Below, piece after piece: positions 56,350 through 64,000 of a stretch of 64,000 bases of DNA; position 1 is the first letter of the stretch, and each line of letters opens with the position of its first letter. The notes beneath the pieces were generated by a model. That model saw only the letters and a program-made list of their open reading frames with translations, made no database searches and had not been told where the DNA came from. This DNA is from a virus (lineage: Duplodnaviria > Caudoviricetes), in IMG/VR virus record IMGVR_UViG_3300047160_005525, positions 12,777-76,776 of that record. The stretch is one strand, 5' to 3'. The position numbers and the translations under genes were made by a program.

Positions 56350-57419
56350 GTCAACGCCTTCCCATCATATCCGGCAAGCCATGCAGCCGCTTCCTGGTCA
56401 TGCTGAGCATCGCGATATGCGCGTGGGATCTCGGCGCGTCGCTTGCCTGCAGCCGCGGCCGCTTTGCCCTGCTCCCAGGCAACTTCGACCGATGTGAGAG
56501 TGTCGGCGGCGGCAGTGGGCTTCTCCGTGGTCGCCGAACTAGACACTTCGGGGGCTTCATCCGGTGACGTGGGCGAATCCGTGCCGCCGCCGTCTCCCCC
56601 AGTCTGCGACTGCGGTTGTGTGGGCGAACTGGTCGCAGCTGGGGAAGCCTCGATGGGAGGAAACAGATCATCAGCATTGGCCATGCCGTCGACAATCGTC
56701 TTGCACATAGCGACGACTTGCGCGATATCCGGCGCGAGCCAATCCTTGGCCGAGCGGCCGACCACACGCTCGACGCGCTCGGGTGCGATCGCCAGCTTCG
56801 CTAGACCTTTGATGGTTTTCTCGCGCCAGCCGGCAAGGTCCTTGCCAATCTTTTCGACCAAGGAATTCTGCGCTTCTTCAAAAGCGTAGTCGCAGTAGAT
56901 GCCGAGCGCGTTCACGATGACGTTGCGAATGGCCTTCGATTGGCCGATTTGATAGACCTGGTCAAGTGCGCGATCAGGGTCTCTCGTTTTGATTGTTACT
57001 TGACCTTTGCGCTGACGATAAGCGCGCTCCATGCTGAACCCAGTTTCGATATCGGTGAACCTTGCGTAAAAAACGAAGGCATCTCCGACGTCGATCTCAC
57101 GAACCTCGGTAACGCAATTTCCGAATTCACGTGCGACGTTGTTTGCTAATTTGATGGAGGGACCAGATACATAATCTTGCCCTCCACCTGCTTTTCTTAT
57201 AGGAAAACGATAGAAGAAATCTTCGCCAGCATAAGCCGCAAGCGCTTTTAAGCGCTGTCTGATTCTCACTTCATCGCGGTAAACAGCTACTGGCTGTGCG
57301 CCAAAGACGCGTTCAACGCCGGTAGTTTGACGCGTCACAGCATGACCGTGCGGCGTCGGTTGGTTCGGTTGGCCCACTGCATTGGCGAATTCAGCGAGAT
57401 CACGGTCTTTGTCAGCCAT
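56346..57419 (-). CDS. Putative recombination/strand-annealing partner of the YqaJ exonuclease
   Basis: YRFP...GPSIKLANNVAREFGN motif, next to YqaJ; function inferred from context. Confidence 0.55.
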   Translation of the reverse strand: MADKDRDLAEFANAVGQPNQPTPHGHAVTRQTTGVERVFGAQPVAVYRDEVRIRQRLKALAAYAGEDFFYRFPIRKAGGGQDYVSGPSIKLANNVAREFGNCVTEVREIDVGDAFVFYARFTDIETGFSMERAYRQRKGQVTIKTRDPDRALDQVYQIGQSKAIRNVIVNALGIYCDYAFEEAQNSLVEKIGKDLAGWREKTIKGLAKLAIAPERVERVVGRSAKDWLAPDIAQVVAMCKTIVDGMANADDLFPPIEASPAATSSPTQPQSQTGGDGGGTDSPTSPDEAPEVSSSATTEKPTAAADTLTSVEVAWEQGKAAAAAGKRRAEIPRAYRDAQHDQEAAAWLAGYDGKALT

Positions 57420-57600
57420 TTGTCTCAACTCCTTTTTCGTTTGTCTGCTCTCGTCGTTGTCGCATCATTCGAATCTTTGCTGGAATTACGATATAACTCG
57501 TGCATTCATAACAAGCGCGGCCATTGTTGACTGGTTGCGCACTGTTTCCCCAGCCGCCGAAGGGGCGGAAGCAAATCGAGCAGATGTGGCTATCAAGCAT
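57412..57600 (-). CDS. Small zinc-finger protein
   Basis: CSICF...GNSAQPVNNGRACYEC. Confidence 0.65.
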   Translation of the reverse strand: MLDSHICSICFRPFGGWGNSAQPVNNGRACYECTSYIVIPAKIRMMRQRREQTNEKGVETNG

Positions 57601-58576
57601 CGCCGCTTGCCTCATGCGCTTCCTCCGGTGTTCTCTTGAGGATCTTGAACAACCTGAAGTCCGTAGCTTCGACGGTGTAGGCTTTGCGATGCTGATGTTT
57701 CCACGACAAACACTGTCCATGCGGCAACAGGCCGAATGTATTTTGGCCGAGCTTGGCTTCAAGTTCGGTTTTGAGGGCTGTCTCTTTCTCTCTCATGCGT
57801 TTGATCGCGGCTTGAGTCTCGATCAGTTCGTCCACTGCCACGATCGCCCGGTTGTCAGTCTTGAGATCGATCGCAGTGCCAAGATCGCGCGGATATAGCT
57901 CGCGCACGAGCGCATCATCTCTTTCCGGTTCCCATGGCGGCATGATGTTGCGATCGAGATATTCACGGAAAAATGTGGCGATGCGATAGTCGATGCGATC
58001 TTCAAGTGCCGGGTTACGATCAACGTCAAACAGCCTGAAGTGCCATCCCCATTCGCCGTTGATGATCACCGCGATCACGCCCCATTTAACGTCGTTCAAT
58101 GCCATTTCATGCAGCGCTTGAATCGTGTAGGCCGCCGGCGGGATTGCGGATCCGTGTTGGATATTGTCGCTTGGGTCATCAAGCCATTTTTGCCGGAAGA
58201 TATTGCGAGCTACGACTTTTGCTTGAACAATGCCGATGCCGTTGCGCCCAGGCGCTTTAGCAAATCCATCCGGGGTACAAGCTTGGCGTTTTTCTTCATC
58301 GATGACGTGAACTTTGGCGCGAAGGATTTTCCATTCGGGATAACACTCGGCCATCGCCTCGAACACCGCGGCCTCGGCCCAGCGTCCGCGTTGGAGCACT
58401 TCGCTGTCGGCGAGTGGTGGTCGCAATCCTTTTTTTTCTGCATAGAGTGCGGCCGGCGAGCCCCATGTGCTTTCGCCAACCACGATTGCAGTCTCTGACG
58501 CATTGATGTAATTCCGCCGCCGCTCAAGCCATAGCTCGCGCGAAATATCGGTGAGCGGAACGCGAATGATGGTCAT
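57593..58576 (-). CDS. YqaJ/lambda-exonuclease family protein
   Basis: WLERRRNYINASE...LYAEKKG...RGRWAE...CTPDG...QAK...Y.IQ. Confidence 0.9.
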   Translation of the reverse strand: MTIIRVPLTDISRELWLERRRNYINASETAIVVGESTWGSPAALYAEKKGLRPPLADSEVLQRGRWAEAAVFEAMAECYPEWKILRAKVHVIDEEKRQACTPDGFAKAPGRNGIGIVQAKVVARNIFRQKWLDDPSDNIQHGSAIPPAAYTIQALHEMALNDVKWGVIAVIINGEWGWHFRLFDVDRNPALEDRIDYRIATFFREYLDRNIMPPWEPERDDALVRELYPRDLGTAIDLKTDNRAIVAVDELIETQAAIKRMREKETALKTELEAKLGQNTFGLLPHGQCLSWKHQHRKAYTVEATDFRLFKILKRTPEEAHEASGDA

Positions 58577-58672
58577 GAAATCCCTGCCTCGCCTCGCCTC
58601 GCCTTACCAGGCCATGCCATTCCTCACCTGACCATGCCGTGCCTGGCCATGCCACGCCTAGCCGCAATTCAA
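58577..58672 (-). ncRNA. Orphan GGY/NN unit carrying the array linker ends, between two genes
   Basis: Minus strand AUUGCGGC-(NN-GGY)x15-AGGGAUUUC-AUG; one triad is GGA. Confidence 0.72.
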
Positions 58673-59004
58673 TCATCAACTTCAATATGGCGCGACGATG
58701 CCGGCGCCCATTCCCAACCATCTTCCTCGATCTTCTCTGCCGCAGCTATGGCTGCCTTCTCGACTACTTCAAATGTCGGATCCTCAAGCTTTGGGCAAAA
58801 GGCTGCCTGGAGTTCTTCATTGGCATCGTAAGGGCCACCCCAGATATATTGGTAGCCACCTTCTGCGGACTCGTATGGCGTTTCCTCAGCCGGATCTTCG
58901 AAGTTTTGGAAAAACCATTTGACCATCACGTCGATCATCTCGTCGTGAGATTTCCCGACCACACTCGGCGCTGGCGATGGCGGCCCCATGTCCACTTCGG
59001 TCAT
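58669..59004 (-). CDS. Acidic hypothetical protein
   Basis: WFFQNFEDPAEETPYESAEGGYQYIWGGPYDA motif. Confidence 0.65.
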   Translation of the reverse strand: MTEVDMGPPSPAPSVVGKSHDEMIDVMVKWFFQNFEDPAEETPYESAEGGYQYIWGGPYDANEELQAAFCPKLEDPTFEVVEKAAIAAAEKIEEDGWEWAPASSRHIEVDD

Positions 59005-59192
59005 TTTATGTCCAATAATCTGCGGATGTCGCACAGTTCTCTTTGCAGGACCGTGCAGAGATTGACCGCGTCATGTACTCTCATGCGTAGCTCTTTAAGC
59101 TCATCCGCATGAGTCTCGTTAGCCGTCGGGCTCGGCTGATGTGCGTTGCGTTTTCGCGTTTCCCATGCCTTCTTGGCGCTTTTGGTTGTCAT
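59001..59192 (-). CDS. Small hypothetical protein
   Basis: SAKKAWETRKRN. Confidence 0.55.
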   Translation of the reverse strand: MTTKSAKKAWETRKRNAHQPSPTANETHADELKELRMRVHDAVNLCTVLQRELCDIRRLLDIK

Positions 59193-59207
59193 CGGCCTGC
59201 TCCTCGG

Positions 59208-59588
59208 TCATTCCCATTTGAACTCATCCAATTTGTATCGTTCACTGTCTTTCACCTTCGTGCCCATCTTTGCGGCGAGTTCATTGAGTAACTCGGACTT
59301 GATACGCGTGAACACGCAATGTTTGCAGATCGGTATAGCCGCTCCCTTCCATTTATTTTTTTGCGAGCAAATACAGATTCCGAACGCTGCGATTGCATGG
59401 TCATCATCTGCAAATGAACCGCGGCAAAAAAAACATCTCTTCCGTTCTTCGCGATTTAAGCCATGCATCGTATGCTCGATTGCTTGCATTGCCCATTGCG
59501 ACTTGGCATCTCCTGATTGTGCTGCCGCCGGCAGTTCATTGAGTTCATGCATTTCGAAGATTGCTATGTCCACATTCCACAGTTTCAT
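59208..59588 (-). CDS. CxxC zinc-binding protein
   Basis: CFFCRG...ICKHCV. Confidence 0.6.
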   Translation of the reverse strand: MKLWNVDIAIFEMHELNELPAAAQSGDAKSQWAMQAIEHTMHGLNREERKRCFFCRGSFADDDHAIAAFGICICSQKNKWKGAAIPICKHCVFTRIKSELLNELAAKMGTKVKDSERYKLDEFKWE

Positions 59589-61129
59589 TCTGCGGCCTCG
59601 CCAAACATCTCGCCCTGTCGCGTGCGCGCCGGCAATGGATGCAAGTTAGGAACTTCTTGGATGAGTTTCATACCAGCGCATTGCGAGTTTGGAATGCCGT
59701 TGAGATTTGGTTTGCAATAGACAGTACGTTTAGCTTCGCGCGCCTGATTGATCAGGTCGATGACGTGTCCCATGTCAGCTTGTTTAGCCGGAATGAGCAC
59801 TGAGCCGCCCTTACCGTCGGGTTGATAAGTCGCGCTTTGCGAGCCGATGACAATGAAGTCAAATACCGAGAGATCGCGGAATTTGAGTCGTTCTAACATT
59901 GGTTCGACAGATAACCATTTCACGCGAACGCCACTGATCTTAGCGAAAGCCGTCTCAGCAATTTTGACTCTATCTTGGCAGTCGACCGTGGTGCCGAGCC
60001 ATGAAGTCTCTGGGAAAGCTACGCCTTTTTCGAGCAGTTCGACATAACGCTGCGGAAATTTGGTGAGGAATAGATATTCCCACCAAGGCGCAGCCCTGCA
60101 GGCGACAAACACCTTGTCGATCCATTCGTCAGGGACCCACTTGCCGAACAAATCGCCCATCGATGAAACGAATACACGGCCGAGTCGCGGGTCCTGTTTC
60201 CAGCCATCTGGCAGCGCGGAATTTTTGGGCGCATCCAATCGATGTTCGAAAAATGTCGGCTCAAATCCGAACGGATAGTGTTTCTTGAGGTTTGGATTGA
60301 TCTCGGTGCCTTCACGCGCATAGCAGTAAGGACAGTTGTGCAGGCAACCAGAGACGATAGTCCAAGTCCATGCGGCCCATGAGACTTGATCATTTGTCTC
60401 GATGAAATGGGGCTTCGACTTGGGCAGCGGATAGTTTGCTGTCTTGCCGGTGTGCGTGATGACGATAGTGAAATGCTTGCCTGGTGCGCCATCATCCGGC
60501 TTAGGTGCAGCCGCCTTCTCGCGCCGCATGGTCTTGTAAGCTTCGGGAAGACTTTGTTCGCCGCGTTCCACGCTGGTCGCCAGAGAAACGGAATAAGATT
60601 TGATCGCTTTTGCCATTGCAACAGTACGCGGGTCGACCTTTGCAATCTCCGCAATATCATCGCGGGCGCGATGCTCTTTTCTTCGTTTCTTTTTGTCCGT
60701 CCGGGTATGTAAACCCCGCTGCGACTTTTTATTGTGCCGTTGTTCAATCCTCGTTTTGTTACCCTTCTTCGAGCCCTCCATTTTCCGCTCTTGTGCCGCC
60801 TTCTCAAATTGCGGAGCAAGATCGAGCGCAAGCATTGCGCGCTGTCCAGCAGTGAGATCGCGCCGGCGCAAATTGACGCTGACGATGTAATTGAGGATGT
60901 CGGTCTCCGTGTAGCTCTTGGATAACCGCTTGAAGATCGGCTTCACGCCCGCGCGCTTGCATGCTTTCCAGCGGTTCACACCGTCAATGATCATTTTGCC
61001 GTTAGCGGTGAGTATGATTGGCTGGCGTTGCTTGTTCGCCTTGATGTCCTGCGCCAACGCCTCAAGCTCGTCTTCCGACAAAGCAGGAAATCGTGCAGCG
61101 ACGGGATGGATCTTCAATTCGGCAGACAT
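59585..61129 (-). CDS. ParB-like N-terminal domain fused to DUF5131 (phage Gp37/Gp68, radical-SAM-like)
   Basis: IHPVAARFPALS...IIDGVNRWKAC; GCLHNCPYCYA; RVFVSSMGDLF; FLTKFPQR; WLGTTV; WLSVEPML. Confidence 0.88.
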   Translation of the reverse strand: MSAELKIHPVAARFPALSEDELEALAQDIKANKQRQPIILTANGKMIIDGVNRWKACKRAGVKPIFKRLSKSYTETDILNYIVSVNLRRRDLTAGQRAMLALDLAPQFEKAAQERKMEGSKKGNKTRIEQRHNKKSQRGLHTRTDKKKRRKEHRARDDIAEIAKVDPRTVAMAKAIKSYSVSLATSVERGEQSLPEAYKTMRREKAAAPKPDDGAPGKHFTIVITHTGKTANYPLPKSKPHFIETNDQVSWAAWTWTIVSGCLHNCPYCYAREGTEINPNLKKHYPFGFEPTFFEHRLDAPKNSALPDGWKQDPRLGRVFVSSMGDLFGKWVPDEWIDKVFVACRAAPWWEYLFLTKFPQRYVELLEKGVAFPETSWLGTTVDCQDRVKIAETAFAKISGVRVKWLSVEPMLERLKFRDLSVFDFIVIGSQSATYQPDGKGGSVLIPAKQADMGHVIDLINQAREAKRTVYCKPNLNGIPNSQCAGMKLIQEVPNLHPLPARTRQGEMFGEAAE

Positions 61130-61911
61130 GCCAAAGCCTCCTTCGACGCCCTGGCCATGCCATTGCAGTTGTAAATCTCGACGAAGGGATAACGGACGCA
61201 GCTATTAGCGAGGTCGTCGGCAACAACCATGATGCGGAAGCGAAAGGCGTTGCTCGCGCCGATCTGCATCGTACGGGCGACGTAGCGTTTGCCGAGCGTT
61301 TCCCGCCACCACTGCGGATCGATGTGCGCCGAATAAAGATCGCGCATCGTCTCGCTGGCGCCGGTGCTGGTCGTGCCGTTGATGCGTCGGCACGCGCCTT
61401 CGTTCAAGATGATGACGAAGTCAGCCGCGACCTTGGCGGCGACCTTGCACATGTGCTCGACGCCGTGGTCACGCGGACCGACTGGGTCGGACAGCCAGAG
61501 TGCGTAGTGGTGGTCAGGACGCAGGACACTCGGTGCCTCGCGATGATGACCAACGATTTGGGCTGTTGGGAAGCGGGAATAGAGCTTAACACGCTTGGCG
61601 TAGACTTTTTCGCACAATACGACATCAACATTGCCCACCTGCGCCGCGATGTCGGTCAAGATTTCCGGTGTTGGATGCGACAAGATCTCGCCAACGAACA
61701 TGTCTTCCTGGTACGTATCGATGAGTACACCTTCGCCATCGCCGGCGTTACCATCGAACAGCACCACCTTATGATTCGGGTGACTGACCCGGTAAGCATT
61801 GACCTGCGAGGCCACAATCTTCTCGACGAATTCGTGCTTGATGTAACTGCGATCGGATTTGCCGGCGCCATGTCGGTCGCGGTGCCGGCGGCTGAATGAG
61901 ATCAGTGCCAT
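61114..61911 (-). CDS. TcmP-like (three-Cys-motif partner) methyltransferase-fold protein
   Basis: KHEFVEK...VVLFDGNAGDG motif; adjacent to DUF5131. Confidence 0.65.
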   Translation of the reverse strand: MALISFSRRHRDRHGAGKSDRSYIKHEFVEKIVASQVNAYRVSHPNHKVVLFDGNAGDGEGVLIDTYQEDMFVGEILSHPTPEILTDIAAQVGNVDVVLCEKVYAKRVKLYSRFPTAQIVGHHREAPSVLRPDHHYALWLSDPVGPRDHGVEHMCKVAAKVAADFVIILNEGACRRINGTTSTGASETMRDLYSAHIDPQWWRETLGKRYVARTMQIGASNAFRFRIMVVADDLANSCVRYPFVEIYNCNGMARASKEALACLPN

Positions 61912-61928
61912 CGCAGCTACTCTTTATA

Positions 61929-63128
61929 TTAGACTCGACCTTTCGACCAAGCGGGGCTGGGAAATTTGAGCTTCTTGACCACGCGCCCCGCCTTGATTTC
62001 CTCGTCATTGAGCCGCCTGACGAAGACGTCGCGCAGCTTCCGGTAGCAAGGGCCGCGGTCGCGCTCGCGCATGTTCTTGCCGTAGAGCCAGTCGTAATAA
62101 TTCGAGTCCGAAGTGATAGCGACCATGCACTTGCGGAACGTGTTCGCGTCTATGGTGGTGTGAGTTAGCTTCCTCGCGATGCCGATCTGATTCTTCAGCA
62201 CAAGCTGCCTGAACATCCACATCAGCATGCACATGTTGAGGTTTCCCCAGAGTCGAAAATACTCCGAGTGATTGCCCCAGGCTGAGTAGCAAAGGTTGAG
62301 GAACATGCAGAGATTGGAGACCTCGCTGTCCGGCAAGTTATCCGGAACACGGCCGCTGCTCTTGGCGCCAGGCGTTTCGGCGTCGCTGCCGATCCAGCAA
62401 TTGAGCACCGCCGACATGCTGACCAGCTTCTGCGCGGTGGTGGCGCGGCGGATCTGGTCGAAGCCGACGAACGAGCACTGTGTGACGATCGCTTGCAGTG
62501 ACGGCTTATTCTCCATCGCCGCCTTGAGCACGTCGTCGCGGCGCATCGGCACGAGCGAATCCTGAAGTTCAATGTAGTCGTTCGCCATCTCACCGAAGTC
62601 GGCATAACGCTTGATGTGGATGGTGAGCAGGAATTGGATCACGCCGGATGTCAGCGCCGCGTACAAGCGGTGCTGCCCGTCGACCTTGTAGATATTGGGG
62701 TCGCCAGGAATGCGCCCTAAGGTGATGACGCCGCCGCTGACGCAGCCGTCGCTGACTCTAACCTTCTCGCGATAAGCATCGACCTTCGCGTTGTCCTTCT
62801 GCGTGCGCTGGAATTTCGGCAGCGTCCAGGTTTCGACTTCGTCCGCGGTGACGAGTACAGCATCGCTCATGGCGCAGCCATTCTCCGCAGCGTCGGCCGC
62901 CGCGAGCAGCTTCGCCATGTCTTCGCCGTGCCCGGAATAGTCGGGCTCGATCGGCAACCTGGTGACGTTGGAGATCGGCGGCGGCGACGGATCGGTCATG
63001 ATCATTTCGCTGGGATCCGGCGCCTGAAACGTTGCCGTGCTGGCGAGCTTTTCGGCCTTGAGCTTGCGCACGTTGGCGGCCTGCGCCGCAATAGAATGCT
63101 TCTTCTCGCGATGCTTCTTACTCATCAC
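61929..63128 (-). CDS. DGQHR/ParB-Srx-like domain protein
   Basis: FQRTQK...ITLG...YKVDGQHRLYA. Confidence 0.75.
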   Translation of the reverse strand: MMSKKHREKKHSIAAQAANVRKLKAEKLASTATFQAPDPSEMIMTDPSPPPISNVTRLPIEPDYSGHGEDMAKLLAAADAAENGCAMSDAVLVTADEVETWTLPKFQRTQKDNAKVDAYREKVRVSDGCVSGGVITLGRIPGDPNIYKVDGQHRLYAALTSGVIQFLLTIHIKRYADFGEMANDYIELQDSLVPMRRDDVLKAAMENKPSLQAIVTQCSFVGFDQIRRATTAQKLVSMSAVLNCWIGSDAETPGAKSSGRVPDNLPDSEVSNLCMFLNLCYSAWGNHSEYFRLWGNLNMCMLMWMFRQLVLKNQIGIARKLTHTTIDANTFRKCMVAITSDSNYYDWLYGKNMRERDRGPCYRKLRDVFVRRLNDEEIKAGRVVKKLKFPSPAWSKGRV

Positions 63129-63201
63129 GCCCTCCTCCGTATTCTCTCAGATTCTCTCGGATATTACGCCACGACCCAAGCTCGTCAACCAGACGGCATT
63201 A

Positions 63202-64000
63202 GCAATCATCGAAATATCCCTGCCTCGCCCGGCCACGCCGCACCCGGCCATGCCCAACCAGGCCTTGCCGTGCCTGACCATGCCGCGCCGCAATCAAAAA
63301 AACGAATCCCTGCCTCGCCTCGCCTCGCCCAGCCAAACCACGCCCGGCCATACCGCGCCTCGCCCGGCCCGCGCCGCACCGCGCCGCAGCAAACCTCACT
63401 AAATGTCAATCAAGAAAGTATCCCTGCCTTGCCTCGCCATGCCACGCCTCGCCCGACCATGCCTCGCCTTGCCCGGCCAGGCCCGGCCCTGCCCAGAAAT
63501 CAAAAAACTATCCTCGCCTCGCCTTGCCAAGCCCCGCCTAGCCCGACCTTGCCATACCAGGCCATGCCCCACCGCAATCATTAAAATATCCCTGCCTCGC
63601 CTTGCCCTGCCTCGCCCCGCCTCGCCTCGCCTTGCCGTACCTCGCCGTACCTTGCCAAGCCGCAATCGAAAAAATATCCCTGCCTCGCCGCGCTTTGCCG
63701 CGCCTCGCCTCGCCTCACCAGACCAGACGTCGCCCGGCCACGCCCTGCCTCGCCGCAATCATCGAAAATATCCCTGCCTCGCCGTACCCGGCCGCACCGC
63801 GCCCCGCCACGCCGCGCCGTGCCTAACCTCGCCCGGCCGCAATCATCGAAATTATCCCTGCCTCGCCCCGCCTCGCCTGGCCGTGCCCAGCCTGACCCCG
63901 ACTCGCCTAGCCATGCCTCGCCCGGCCATGCCGCAATCATCGAAATATCCCTGCCTCGCCTTGCCCAGCCTCGCCATGCCAGGCCTCACCCAGCCTCGCC
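63202..64000 (-). repeat. Array of at least 9 GGY/NN pentamer units with conserved AT-rich linkers (putative VIPR-type guide RNA array), runs off the window
   Basis: Linker consensus on + is GCAATCATCGAAATATCCCTGCCTCGCC; each unit has about 12-17 RCC-NN pentamers with a different NN string. Confidence 0.85.

Noticed and set aside
63037-63940. ORF-track peptides rich in RRGEARQG or PRLASP (also 1704-2057, 34903-35187, 35949-36161, 36496-36936, 58524-58831)
   Set aside because: They are translations of the 5-nt repeat, open in several frames at once, with no RBS or protein-like composition.
63202-64000. Canonical CRISPR array
   Set aside because: No cas genes are present, the spacers are themselves GGY-periodic, and the linkers are degenerate and non-palindromic.
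63202-64000. Simple microsatellite slippage
   Set aside because: NN slots vary almost freely while triads and linkers stay fixed; slippage would homogenise neighbouring pentamers.

Overview
The whole window looks like one temperate phage or prophage, about 60% GC by eye. An alphaproteobacterial host (Bradyrhizobium-like) is my inference from recalled homologs; I saw no host genes. Layout: 1-36.5 kb (+) holds a collagen-like head-region gene, neck genes, a Mu-like contractile tail and baseplate, two tandem tape-measure paralogs with different muralytic domains, several fibres and an amidase endolysin. 36.5-44 kb (-) holds small accessory genes. 44-46 kb (+) holds a tyrosine integrase and an AlpA-like excisionase. 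46.2-47.05 kb is a promoter-led, hairpin-dense non-coding stretch of about 800 nt. 47-51 kb (+) holds early genes separated by repeated RNase III-like hairpins. 51-63 kb (-) holds YqaJ exonuclease/recombination genes, ParB-DUF5131, a TcmP-like gene and a DGQHR gene. The most striking feature is a CRISPR-like array at 63.2-64 kb with at least 9 units of alternating GGY/NN pentamers separated by conserved AT-rich linkers. Five orphan units of the same code lie elsewhere, all on the minus strand, four with 3' hairpins that fold better as minus-strand RNA. This matches my recollection of VIPR-type non-contiguous guide RNAs; the effector gene is not in the window and is predicted beyond position 64000. 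Also notable: a 264-nt group I intron in the tail sheath gene beside a free-standing GIY-YIG endonuclease, four homing endonucleases in the tail module, and two adjacent baseplate genes that appear to start at AUU. Family assignments come from motif recognition by eye, not database searches.
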